DNA from: Hypanus sabinus
Taxonomy: Eukaryota
Length of the DNA: 64,000 nt
Direction of reading: 5' to 3'
Assembly: GCF_030144855.1 (NCBI RefSeq)
Contig: NC_082718.1
Coordinates: 52,762,001 to 52,826,000 of the forward strand
Shown here: in pieces, positions 47,891 to 61,159 of the stretch
Position numbering within the stretch: the stretch's first letter is position 1
Layout of the letters: every line of letters starts with the position of its first letter
Notes under the pieces: generated by a model
What the model was told of the DNA's origin: nothing
Database searches by the model: none
What the model saw: the letters and a program-made list of their open reading frames with translations, nothing else
Position numbers and translations under genes: made by a program

Positions 47891-48503
47891 ATATCCTTTA
47901 TTGAAACCCTATCAGCAACAGGTTTATATTATTCTGCTTGTACTCAATAAGAAGTTTAATGAAAAGATATAATAGTAAAAAAACTAAATAACCAAGGGAT
48001 GGTACTTTGAGGTTTGATCTCATATTTATGGTAGTGTGATGATCTATCTTAACATTAAGATCAGGTATTTACCTTAAATATGTTATTTGATTTTTTTCAC
48101 CTGATTTACCTTTGATCATTTCTCCTGTACATTATAGTTTGATGCTGCTGCAAGTTTACAATTTCACCCATGTACATGACGATAAACTTGACCCCAACTT
48201 TGAGCTATGATCTGATGCAATGCAGTTGCTCAGCCTGCTGAAATTCAGAGAGTACATTGCAATGGCCTCAAGAGACCCGAGGCATCGAGAATGATGATAG
48301 GTATATGGGAGTACAGAAACATAGTGAAACTGAGGAGGATTTGGTTGGTAGGGGCATTTAAATTATGTGCAGTGTGCCCTGGGTAATTTAGGCAGGGAAA
48401 ACAGTTTGTAATGGAAATCCAGTTCACAGAAGAGAGTGATGCCTGACCCACCCATCAGATACTCCAAGACGCACAAAAATTGGCAGGCAGAAGACCAGAT
48501 GAT

Positions 48504-48696
48504 NNNNNNNNNNNNNNNNNNNNNNNNNNNNNNNNNNNNNNNNNNNNNNNNNNNNNNNNNNNNNNNNNNNNNNNNNNNNNNNNNNNNNNNNNNNNNNNNN
48601 NNNNNNNNNNNNNNNNNNNNNNNNNNNNNNNNNNNNNNNNNNNNNNNNNNNNNNNNNNNNNNNNNNNNNNNNNNNNNNNNNNNNNNNNNNNNNNNN
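48504..48696. other. Assembly gap (193 N)
   Basis: Run of N. Confidence 1.
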
Positions 48697-49996
48697 TGGG
48701 TCAGCAGTTCACTGACTTTAATGAGAGTTATTGCAGAATTTAAAGGGAAAGGTAAACAATAAACGCTAGGCCCATGGAGCCATTAACTAGAAGTCTCAAA
48801 CTAAAAGTTAATACCAACACTGCAGCTGGAAGCAATAACTAAAACTAAATGAATCCCACTCCTTGACAGTGTCAGTCAAAAAGAGAGTCTTCTTTCCTAG
48901 ACAGGGATGAGGGCAAGCAGAGAGCATAATAATTGCTGTCCTTTTGTCAAATCTCGACAAAATAATGAAAAGAAGGAGTTAAAACCAAAATGGAATACTA
49001 ATTGGCTGGAAAGTGCATACTCCCTAGTGCAATTATCAAACCTGTTGTGCAGCCCACTTGTGTGGGTGCGTAGATCCTGCAGCAGAGTCCGTTGTTGTGA
49101 CAGATCCACCTAGATTACTCAAACTTATTACTACCTCTGGTCTTTCCCATTCCTTGACCACAACCACACAAAACTCCTGAGAGGGGAAAACCCACTGGGA
49201 AAACCATGGAAAAGTAAGGGAGAGAAGAAAGTGAAATCATTCTCTCAGATTCGTCCTTTGATGATACCCAGGAAGATCACTTTGTGCACAGAAGCTAAAC
49301 AGTACATGTTCTCATTGTATTCGCCATGTTCACCTATGACTCTGTGACTCATCACCTGGCTCAAAAGAGTTATTGTTTCTTTCAGGTAGGTGTTAAATTA
49401 TCAAGCCCAGAAGTTGGTGTAAAAACAGCATTAAGTTTGAGTGGGTATGCTATCCATTCCACACATTTCACATCTTCCCTTACACAAATTTTGTAAGTAT
49501 TTTTGAATTCTTCAGGAGAACCTGGTGCCTATGCCTTGTGGTTTGCAACACTGAATATTCTTTTATTAGAGGCATTCACCCACTTTGAATAAACTATACT
49601 GTGAAAGAGTTGTTAAATACTTTCCCTGGTCATAGACCTTATTGTGAGAAGAATTCATGTGGGGTGTTAGCAGTATTTGACACAAATAAACTGAAGCATT
49701 TTAGTGGAGTTATTAATAACAAAAAGAGAAGGAATAGTGATATTATTTGATAAACACTCAATTGTGGTGCTTTCATCACCTGGAGTTATTGGTTCTACTG
49801 AAGAAAGAATCAAAATTTACACCTCATCACTGGTTCATAGCTGCAACTTATCAATAAGACAATGTTTTTGCCTTTGTTGATTTCATGCAGCTCATAGTTT
49901 AGAAGGTACAGCAGTAGACTAAGAGTCACCAGGTCTTTACCATCAGACATATATTGGTCTTGTGGTTCTAATCATCTGATGAAAACCTAATATATA

Positions 49997-51463
49997 CAGC
50001 ACTGCGCAAAAGTTCCAGGCACATGCAAAATAGATTCTGTAAAGATTCTTCCAAAAATAATGAAATGAAAATTTTCTAAATAGCAAGAAAATTACTAAAA
50101 AGAGCAGTAAACAGTAAAAAAAAAACACTAAATCAAATCAATATTGGAGTGACCAGCCTTTTTTCTTTAAAACTGCATAAATTCTCTTAGGTACACTGTC
50201 ATGAAGTGCTATTGCCATGTTGGCTTCTGTCTCTCCAGGTAATCCCAGACAGCTTCAATAATGTTGAGATCAGTGCTCTCTGGATACTATGCCATCTGTT
50301 GCCAAACTCCTTGTTCTTCTTTTCACTGAAGATAGTTCTTTATGACCTTGATTGTGTGTTTGGGGTCATTGTCCTGCTGCAGAATGAAGTTGAGACTGAT
50401 CAGGCACCTCCCTGATAGTATTGTGTGATGGATGAGAATCTGCTTGTACTTCTCAGCACTGCAGATTCCATTAATTCTGACCAGATTACCAACTTCATTT
50501 GCAGAAATGCATCCCCAAACCTGCAAGGAACCTCAGCCATGCTTCACTGTTGGCTACAGACACTCCAGCTCTACTATGGACAAACTACCTACTGTATAAT
50601 TCAAAATTTTCAAATTTTGACTTGTCAGTCCAGTGCACTTGCTATCATTGGTCAATGCCCCAGCTCTTGTATTTTTGTGTGTAGTTGAGTCTCGGCTTTG
50701 CTTCCACTTCAGATGAATGGCTTTTTGGCAGCAACTCTTCCATAAAGACCACTTCTGACCAGACTTCTCTGCACTGGAGAGGGGTATACTTGTGTTCCAG
50801 AAGATTCTGATAGAGCTGATAGTAATGCTGGATTTCTTCCAATTTGGAAGGAACATCAGTTAGATATATCTCTCGTCTGCTGCATTCAGTTTCCATGGCC
50901 AACCACTGCATCTCTAGTTCTCAACCTTGCCTGTTTCGTTGTGCTTATTTAGAAGAGTTTTGACAGCACATTTTGAAATTCCTGTCTGCTGCAAAATTTC
51001 TGCTTGGAAGAGACCTTACTGATGCATGATGATCAGTTTGTGATGCTCACTCTTGCCACGGTGTAATAATGAATGATTTGAAGGTTAATCTGCCACACCT
51101 TCACCTTTTAGTTTGGTTGTCCTTCACCCAGTTTGATTCCTTCTACACCTGTTTCTGTTTCAGTTAATTAGTTTAGTTCATTCAACTTATTACATCATTG
51201 ATCATTAGCACCTGGTTGTTATTTTGGATTACATGCCTACAAAGCAATCAAGTTTTTATTTGAAAAGTGGTCTATTACTTGATATATTACTTTCTTTAAC
51301 AAAATGCAAAAATTACCTGTAATATTAATTTTTTTGGAAAATGGATGTTTTGAAATCTAAAATGTGCTCTTTTCTATTTACTCCTAATGCAGAAGACCAA
51401 AAATAAATATCTAGAACAATTTATATCAAAATCTAGCATGCCTAAAACTTTTGCATAGTACTT
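49997..51463 (-). mobile_element. Tc1 DNA transposon, decayed
   Basis: TA-flanked TIRs CAGCACTGCGCAAAAGTT / AACTTTTGCATAGTACTT; transposase VWGCIS, LQQDNDPKHT, STDLNIIE. Confidence 0.9.
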
Positions 51464-52134
51464 TATAATTAAATTCCTCTACCCCAAATTTCTGATGTTT
51501 TATCATAGTCTGTGCAAGAACACCAAACATTACAGTGTGAGTATAGAGCACACAACAATGGCATATAACTAAATGTTAATCTCAATGATATTCCTATCAT
51601 ATTGCTGCAACTAATCAGTAACTACTCCAACAGTGAGAAAAGAATTGACCTGTTGTAGTTGTAATTTCTAATACTGACCCCAACATAGTTCTCTGTATAA
51701 ATACTGGCCATAGGAATATCCAGTTTCCATAGAAGATCAATAGCAAGTTGATGCCTCCATTCCTAAAGTCATATTTTTATGGCATGATAGACTCATCTAC
51801 AGAAATCCACTATTCAATCAACATCTCACAAATTCAGTAAAATTCACTTTTGTCTCATAGCAATAACAATGTCGATATCAGTGTCAGTGATCCATCTGTT
51901 AGTTCTGTTCACTTCTGTTATTGTCTTTTCAAAAGGACTTTGTAAATACACTTGATTTATTCACATGCTGCTTTGATCAGGTTAACAGGTGTTAGACAAA
52001 GTCCCTACTTTGCCAATTAACATTGAGTTTTAGTCCCATTCCTCTTTAGTTATAGTTACAAATAATGGATATAAACAATCAGTATTAATCATATCTAAAG
52101 ATTGAAAAAGTTCAAGAGATTGCTAAAGATTATT

Positions 52135-52700
52135 CAAAGCTCAATGTAAAAATTTATTATCAAAGTATGTACTGCAAATGTCACCATATACTACCATGAG
52201 ATTCATTTTCTTACAGGCATTCACAGTAGACCAAAGAAATGCAAAAGAATCAATGAAAAACTATACCCAAAGACTGACAAATATCCAATGTGTAAAAGAA
52301 GACAAACTGTGCAAAAATAAAAATGAAACATAATAATAATAAACATATAAGAAAATAAATAATACAGAGAATAAGTTGTAGAGTCCTTGAAAGAGAGTCC
52401 ATAGGTTAGAATTAGTTCAGAGTTGAAGTGTATGAGTTATCCACTCTGGTTCAGGAGCCAAATCGTTGAAGGGTAATAACTGCTCCTAAACCTGGTGGTA
52501 TGGGATCGAAGGCTTCTGAATCTCCTTCCCAATAGCAAAAATGAGAAGAAAGCATGGCCTAGATGGTGGGGGTGCTTGAATATGGATGCTGCTTTCTTGT
52601 GGTAGCAGTCCTTGTAGATGTGCTCAGTGCCGGGGTGGGCTTTGCCTGTGATGGACTGAGTTTTGTCCACCACTTTTTGTAAGATATTTATTTTCCTTCT
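52135..52700 (-). mobile_element. Rex1 3' fragment
   Basis: LQKVVDKTQSITG..KKAASIFKHPHH..GRRFRSL..TTRFRSSYYP. Confidence 0.85.
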
Positions 52701-55416
52701 GAACTTTGCAATGACATGGCGTGTCAATCTTGTAACATTTTCACTGTCCCAAAAACTTCAAAACACTTTAACTATTTTTTCTCATATGTCTTAATAAAAT
52801 ATATTTGGGATCATTGTATAAACTAACAAGTAGCCACCTTTACACAAAGATATATTCCATATCATCATAAGATCCCACTGAGATGCATGCCTAGTTAGAG
52901 TAATCAGTTTTTGACAGTGTTGAATGAGAAAGGAATTTAGCTAAAGTGCTATGAATTCTGTGTCCAACTTCAATTAACTCTTAATTATCTAAAAAAAACT
53001 ATCTGAATTCAGAAATTTCCAGAAGTGTTGGAAGACTATTAGTGACAATTTACAGCATTCTTCTAATTGTTGGTAAATTAGTGAGGTCCAGAGTGTAGGA
53101 AGTGAAATGCCCCTCCCCACAGCTCCAAACAACATTACCACAAACCTGAATAATCCTGTGTGGGAGTGTGATAAGGCAATGCTCTTTAGGGGATTACAAC
53201 ATTCAGGCAAGCTCAACCAATTTTAATGTCAAGCTGCATCAATGCCAAAGTTAACCACACATGAGCCAGGAGATTAGCTCAGAAGTGTATAATGTGATTT
53301 CCCGACCCAGGTGACTTCAGAGGTTATAGCCATTGCAGTTAAAAGTTGGTCTGAATAGAAGCTTCACTTTTCAAATCAACTAATTTTATCACATCCTCTT
53401 CACAATAAGATATATTACAGTCGATGTCCTTTATTATCTCCACATTCAACCATTCCAGTGTTCTTCTGATTATAATTACCCTTTCCCACACCCACCATCT
53501 GTCAGCCTTTGTATGCATAAGTTCATACTGCCAACCTTCCAACTGTTTTGAACACCCGTCAGCTAAACCCATAAGCTAAGGTCTTCTCTCAATATTTTCT
53601 TCCTCTCTATCTACCTGTCCTCCTTTAAGTCTTCACAAAGACGTGCATCATAGAAACAAGCCCTTCAGATAATTAGTCTGCACTAATTTCCAACCACCTG
53701 TTTGCACTAATCCTCTATTGTTTATTCTCCCCAGATACTACCACTGACTTGCACACTATCTAGTCACAAGGAGAACACGCAAATCCCACATAGACAACAC
53801 TAAGACAATGATCAAACCTGGATCTCTGGCACTGAGAGACTTCCTTCTTCCTCATATTCTTTCCATATCCATGATGTGGCTTATTTCTTTTGCTAGTTCA
53901 ATGGGTTCTGAGATGACCCTAGACTCCCATACAGCTGTGACAGGAGGTACCTAATGGGATAAATGAGTGTTCAATAGCTTGTGAGGTGGTGCACTGCTTC
54001 TGACATTTATGTAAGACTTCTGTGATGCTTCTAATACATGACCCAAGGTTCCCAATACCTATCCCAAATGCTCCTTCTCCACCTTGAATGATGATAGTCC
54101 AGAGATAACCTGAACTCAACAAGGATGTTGTATCTCCTCAAGAAAGCCTTGAGTACATCCTTGAATCTTTCCTTTTTTCACCTGGTACTCGTCCCATGAC
54201 TGACTGTGGATTAACAAGTTTGGTGGTGGTCATGTTACAACTGGCCTGCTCAAGAAAGCTTACTAAGTGAATTAAAGTCTGATTGCTGGGGCTTTTGATC
54301 TGGGAGAGGGTGCTGAGGCTGATTCATTTCTCTCTCCAGAGAATTTGGAGGATTTCTAAATCAGCACTGGTGCTATCTTTCAAGTACTTTAAATATAGTC
54401 TTTATAAGAGCCCATGGCTTTGCATCTGATCTGAGGCCTTGACCTTCAACTATCCTTTTCCTGAATCCCCAATAAATCCTTTCAAAACTTTGTCAAGTGT
54501 TTGGTTATCTATTATTAGTGACTTGAGGTCTGATAGCATTCTTGTGAATTGATATTGCGTTTGTTCAGAATACTAGACAACCATATTACAGTGTTAGAAA
54601 ATGAGTTCCCATCCATTTATGTTGGAGGCATACAGTAGTTGTATATGATAAGAGTAAGTGTTAGCCTCACCCATGAAAAGATCTCTTGTATTTCCAAAGT
54701 GGGATTCAATATCACCATTGAAGAAGTTTGAAGTCAAATGCTTTTCCCTTCCTTGTAAGCTTACGGACTCAGGACACCTGGAAATGTAGGGGGGATGCTT
54801 CGGGGAAATAATCAGTTATTATATGCTATAAATAATATTAAACATCAGAAAAATTCACTCTGAAAATGTACAATAGAGACAGGTATGAAATGAGAAGCAC
54901 ATGTTGACAATAACACCCTGGGTAAGTGTTCTGAGTATATAAAACATTTCACAATGCTGTGACATGAATTTCTAATTGTGTACTAATAAGTCCTGAAATT
55001 GGAAAGATGGTTGTGTTTTACATCAACATGCGATTAGACCTACTAAATGAGTGATCAAGAATCATAATGCCAACTCCAGGAGATAATCTTTATTAGTTCA
55101 AATATCCTGATGTTGACTTAAATCGTTATGCTTGTGATTCACGAGTACTGAGCTTACCAGATATTGGAATGAATAAACTGTATTAATTATAAGTACGCCA
55201 TAAATTCCCAGTTGCCACTTCTCAATAATTCGAAGTGACTAATCTCCTTGGCAGCAATTAGTATATATTTGTCAAGAATAACATGGCAAAAATACTTTAT
55301 TTCTCAGTATGCCACAGGCATAGGATGTTGCATAGGATGTCAATAGAATGAACTTGCAATTGTTCTTTGCCTCATAGTTTACACCATTATAATTAACTAT
55401 TATCATTATAATTAAT

Positions 55417-55828
55417 CTTCTCTGTGGATTGTCACCTTGTCTTGGTGGAGAAGCTTGTGTGGTCCTGAGGTCCCGAGAGCGATGCCGTCTAGAGCTATGC
55501 TCCTGGTAGGATCACACATGACAGTAAGGTCGAAGGTAGGGTCCCTGACAAAGAACAATCTAACCAAGACCTCAACGGTGGAACAGGCGGACGAAGTTAC
55601 TTCGAACTCAACGGCTGTGAAGGCCGATGAAGGCTGCAACAAATCCATCAGCTCCAATCGTCATGGTTTCCATGCCACTGGAATCAGTTGGTTGATTTGT
55701 GAAGTATCGTGTGTTTCTTGGAGTGCAACATGTTAAACAAATACACGCACAGGCATCTTCACTCTGTGATAGATCAACAGAATGAAGACCATCATCCTCA
55801 ACCTCGAGGGATAGCCACCACGACGGTG
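55417..55828 (+). mobile_element. Bipartite non-autonomous RTE (Rex3/Expander-like) element
   Basis: 5' part GTCACCTTGTCTTGGTGGAG..CTATGCTCCTGGTAGG resembles the Expander 5'UTR; short-repeat-like 3' end; possible TSD ATTAAT (55411-16 / 55829-34). Confidence 0.6.
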
Positions 55829-56529
55829 ATTAATTTTAAGCTTTTTCTTCTTAGTCAATCCTCAGGATCAAAGGATATTTGCTTCTCTTTGGGTTTTATG
55901 TATTCCAAGGTGACTGATGAAGCTGATATGGGAGACAGATACTCTTCCAAAGATAGGGCAGAAGACAGCTGGTGGGGCAGGTGGGTGTAAATCACCGTCT
56001 ATGACTTACATTGGGCTCCTGTGTGCTCCAATGCATGGACTTGGGGTTTTTAACACCATTCTCAAAGCTCCTTCAACACTTTTGAGTGCTCACAGACCAA
56101 GGATTACTAAGAGGCAGTGGATGTGTTGAATTTCTTTCAAGGAGGCTTTGTCTGCTTCATTGAATACTTTCCTTCATCCACCTGGTAATACTTCCACGTG
56201 GCAGATCTCAAAATTGAATGTCTATTTTGGTCACAGGGCAGCTTGCCCAGTGGAGGTTAATTGAGGCTCAATGCTGGAGATGTTTCTCTGGGTGAGGATT
56301 TACCCTTCCAGTGAGTTTGGAAGATTTTCATAGCTGGCATTAGCAGTATTTTTTCAGTACCTTTCCTGCTCTCAGAAGCATACAAAAGGGCAGAGATCAC
56401 TGCTGCCATATGTTTTATGCCAGATCTCAGTTCTTGACTAATTGACCATAGTTAGACTGATTCATTGTATGTAGTGCCTTTTGTCATTAATGTCTTCCTT
56501 TGCTTCAGAGGTAGATCTTGAGATGTAGA

Positions 56530-57625
56530 AAGTGTTAGTATTGTCACATGTATTAAGGTACAGTGGAAATTTTCCTTTCATACCGTACATACAAATCAAT
56601 TCATTACAACAGTGCACTGAGGTAGTACAAGGTAAAACAATAACAGAATGCAGAATAAAGTGCAAGAGTTACAAGGAAAGTGCAGCGCAGGTAGACAATA
56701 AGGTGCAAGTTGAAGGAGATTGTGAGGTCAAAATTTCATCTTATCGTACTAGGGGACCAATCAATAGTCTTATAACAGTAAGATAGAAGCTGTCCTTGAG
56801 CCTGATAGTACACTGTATACCTCTAAGTTTTTGTGAGGGAGAAAAGAGAAAATGTCTAAGGTGAGTGTATACTGTTGGTTGCTTTACCAAGGCAGCAAGA
56901 AGTCCATGGAGGGGAGGCTGATTTCTGCGATACCCTAAACTGTGTCTACAACTCTCTGTAGTTTCTTGGAGTTATGGGCAGAGCAGTTGCTTTAACAAAC
57001 TGTGAAGCATCCAGATCGGATGCTTTCTACAGTGTATTAATGAAAATGAGTGTCAAAGAGGCATGCCCATTTTCTTTACCTTCCTGAGGAAGTGGACGTG
57101 CTGGTGCAGTTTCTTGGCTGTGGCAACAACAAAGCTGGACCAGATCAGGCTATTGGTGATGTTCACTATTAGGAACTTGAACTTTCAACTCTTGACCTCA
57201 GCACCATTGATGTGTACTGCCCCCCTTCCTGAAGTCTGTGATCAACTTTTTTGGTTTGCTGATATTGAGGGACAGGTTGTTGTCATGACATAATGTCTCT
57301 ATGCTCCTTATCTCCACTCTGTACCCTGACTCATCACTATTTGAGATCCGACCTAATCAGATGGTGTGATCTTGAAACTTGTAGATGGAGTTAGACCAGA
57401 ATATAGTTCTGTAGTTATGAGTGTACAGGAGTAGAGAAGGTGGTTGAGGACACGGCGTTGTCAGACACCACTGTCTGTGATGGTGATGAAAGTGTTGCTG
57501 CCTATCCTTACTGATTGTGGTTTAGTGGTCAGGAAGTCAAGGATCTAGTTGCAATTGGAGGTGTTGGTTTCCATATTTAGGAGCTTGGTAATGAGATTGA
57601 TTTGAACTATAGCATTGAATACTGT
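56530..57625 (-). mobile_element. Old Rex1 fragment
   Basis: Reverse-strand LITDFRK / FKFL remnants and a Rex1-type 3'UTR. Confidence 0.7.
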
Positions 57626-58888
57626 AAATAATCCATATCTTCTAGGGTTTAGCTTGAAAATTAGTGGCAGAGGAGAGTGTGATGCAGTAAGAGAATACTC
57701 ATTGAGGACCTAGCCTTGGGGATGTTGAACATAAGATATTTCAATAAATGAATGAACAATGACTTGGCAATTTGCATTAGTGCATACAACTGCAGTTATC
57801 ATTTCATACTGCAGCTTAACCTTAGTTATAAAGTGTGGTCACGATTTGTTGCTGGTTCTGAAGATTATTTGCACTCTCATGGGAAGTATGTTGAAGGGGA
57901 AATGCAACATTGCAGTAAGGCAGGTTAAAGGAAGTATTGGGGAATGGCATGACTCTATTGAGACCTGTCAGAAGGATCAGAGCTTGCTTGTCAATGTAAA
58001 GCTAATGTAAAGTAACATAAAGTTTAGCAACTACCTCAACTACAATCCAACTCCATCAATGCATTTTAACTGTACTTTAAAAGCAGAAGCCTTCTCTGGT
58101 TGATGATGCAATGAGTGAGCAAGATTTACGACATAATCTTCAAAACTGAACTCTCTTTGGGCAGTTAACCTTATTGCTTTTTTCATAGCTTCTTCCCCTC
58201 TGCTAACATATTTCTGAATGGACATTGGACCCATGAACACTACCTTACTACTTTTTTTTCCCTCTTTTTACACAATGTATTTAATTTAACTTTTTATTAT
58301 TATGCATTGCAATGTACTGCTGCTGCAAGGCAACAAATTTCACAACATATGTTGGTGATAGATAGTAAACCCAATTCTGATTCTGAGTCCAGAACTTGCT
58401 AAGCCATTTGGTTCCTCCATTTTGTTGATTATTGGTGTTTTCATTTTCCTCCTCCCCACTCATAGTTATGCACTTCTCTCGAGCTTCTGCTTTTTCTCAG
58501 TTGTCTGTGATTTCCTCTGCAGTTGTGTTTCTATCTCACCTTCAGCCACACTCATCTTCTCCCCCATTCTCATTCTCACACTTTCTCTCTCATCAGTCAG
58601 CCTTTATCCCCATCATATGTCTAGAACTTAACTGTCCCTTAGCTGCACTCGCTCTTCATTTCCTAGACTTGCCCTTCAGCTGACTCCAGCTCCTCACGTT
58701 TTGTTCCTCGATAGTTCTTACAGTACATTTTATGGAAAAGTTGAAGGCTTTGTTCTCTTCTGCCCTGTTTGTTAGAGTAGCATTAGGGTTATTGAAGAGC
58801 ACCCTTATCTTCCTGGCAAAAAGTTAAGAGTTCAAGCCTCACCTTGGATATCTGAGCTTTAACACAGGCTAACACTTCATTGCTGAAC

Positions 58889-59397
58889 TGAACTTAGGAG
58901 GACGATGGAGCCTAATGGCAAGTCCTTTGCTTGCATCTTCAGAAACATCTCTATTTCTATCTTTGGTATCTCTTTTTATCCCTTTTCAAAGTTCTTTTGA
59001 AGACCCTGACCTAGACTTACACACTGACATCTGTTCTTTGCAGAAATGACCTGCTCTCGGTGCTTCACCACTGGCCGCTTTTCGATATGCCAAAGATGCA
59101 GCCTGGAAGAGTAATGCACATTCAGGGTGCCAGATTTTCATGGCTCTAGAGGTGGGTGGATGTAAGGCTGGTGCTGCCGCCGCCTGATGAGTCAAGGGAG
59201 ATGGAAGATCGAAAGCAGCGAGCTGGCTGCTGGCTGTCTGCCCAGAGACCTGAGTTCTTTGGGCACAGAGCTCAGAAGAAGTGATGCAACAGACTTTTAA
59301 CACCATAAATCAGCAAGTTGCTTTGCTATGTCTCGCCTCTCACTGTGAAATGAGGACACCTCTTTTTCCCTTTTTAGTGAGAGAGGGGGAGAGAGAG

Positions 59398-59447
<50 letters not shown>

Positions 59448-59763
59448 AATCTGTGGAATACTGGGTGAACGAGTAGTCTTTGGGGTACTGCAAGTCTGTG
59501 TCTTTATTGATGCTTTGCTGCACGCTTGAGTGCATAGTAGGAGGGTGCTTTTTTGCAGGAGGAGGGGATAATTGCTTTGCTGCTGCTTATATGTGGGAGG
59601 GGGTAGCCGGAGGGGGTTGAGGTTCTAACATTTAACTGTCATTCATTCTTTGGGGCACTCCTCTGTTTTTGTGGATGTTTGCGAAGAGAAAGAATTTCAG
59701 GATGTATATTGTATACATTTCTCTGACATTAGATGTACCTTTGAAACCTATTGAACTGAACTG
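58889..59763 (+). mobile_element. Non-coding non-autonomous retroposon with (CTGAA)n tail and 28-bp flanking direct repeat
   Basis: AACACAGGCTAACACTTCA[T/C]TGCTGAAC at 58861-88 and 59764-91. Confidence 0.75.
59389..59444. repeat. (GA)n microsatellite
   Basis: Direct reading; one interruption. Confidence 0.98.
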
Positions 59764-60040
59764 AACACAGGCTAACACTTCACTGCTGAACAGCTAAATG
59801 CTAAAGTTCCAATGACGCCATTTCACAGAAGAGGGGAGAAGTGTGTCAATGTTTATCTCCCAGTTCAAAACCCAGTAAGGCAGATTGGCATGGATTTTAT
59901 TGTCAAATTTTATTTCCCCATAGTACTGCCAGCACTTCTCATCATAACCAGTGGTAGATTTTTGGAGTTCCAACATAGATGTGGGAATATTGAAAATAGT
60001 ATTCTCCAGTGCACAACTATAGAAGTTTTCAAAGTTTTAT

Positions 60041-61095
60041 AAGTAAGCAGAGGAGCTGCTGTACTTTCTTTGTAAAAGCACTTATGTACTGGACCCAGGA
60101 CATTCCCCCTGTAATGATAAGGACAAGAAATTTAAAGTTACTGACTCTCTCCACCTCTGATCCCCAAATGAACACTGGCTCATGGACCACTAGTTTCTTC
60201 CCTCTGAAGTCAATAATCAGCTCTTTGGTTTTGGTTCCACACAACAGCCTCTCACTCTTTCAGTCAGATTTTCAATCTCCTTCCCATATACTGATTCGTC
60301 ACCTTTATTTCAGCCAACAGCGGTGTTGTCAGCAAACTTAAGTATGGCATTGTAGCCATACTAAGCCTCACAATTATAAGTATAAAGTGAGCAGAACAAG
60401 GAACTAAGCACACAGCCTTCTAGTGCACCTGTGTTGATGATGATTGTGGAGGAATTACGTTTCATTATCAGCCTCTCAAAACATTTCATCACAGTGAATG
60501 TAAGTGTTTCTGGATGATAGTCAGTAAAGGATAGTTTACAAAAAGTAGTGCATACAGCCCAGACAATCACAGGCAAAGCTCTCAACATCGTTAAGCACAT
60601 CTACAAGAAGTGATGCCGCAGGAAAGCAGCTTTAATCATCAAGGACCACCACCATCCAGGCCATGCTCTCTTTTTGCTGCTGCCATCAGGAAAAAGATAC
60701 GGGAGCCTAATGTCCCACACCACCAGGTTCAGGAACAGTTTTATCCCTCAACCACCAGAGTCTTGAACCAGATGGGATAATTTCCCTCACCCCAAAACTG
60801 AACTGATTACCCAACCTATGGACTCACTTTTAAGGACTCTACAACTCATGTGCTCGATATTTATTTTTTTTTTCTTTTTTGTATTTGCACAATTTGATGT
60901 CTTTTTCACATTGGTTATTTGTCCATCTTTGTAGCATGCAGATTTTCATTAATTCTGTGGTATTTCTTTGTATTTACTGTGAATACCTGCAAGAAAATAA
61001 ATCTCACAATGTTAGATGGTGACTTTGATATGATGGTGACTTTGATGGTGACTTTGACAATGTACTTTGATAATAAATTTACTTTGATCTTTGAA
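60041..61095. mobile_element. Rex1 insertion with inverted 5' segment
   Basis: Minus-strand RT segment 60041-60525 joined directly to a plus-strand C-terminus and 3'UTR at 60526-61095. Confidence 0.75.
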
Positions 61096-61159
61096 TTTAC
61101 TGATCAAGCTCTTTCAGCCATTTCCTCACTTGTTGTCTGGAGGTTAAAAGGCATGTCAA

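Noticed and set aside
48436-48762. ORFs spanning the N run
   Set aside because: Artefacts of the assembly gap.
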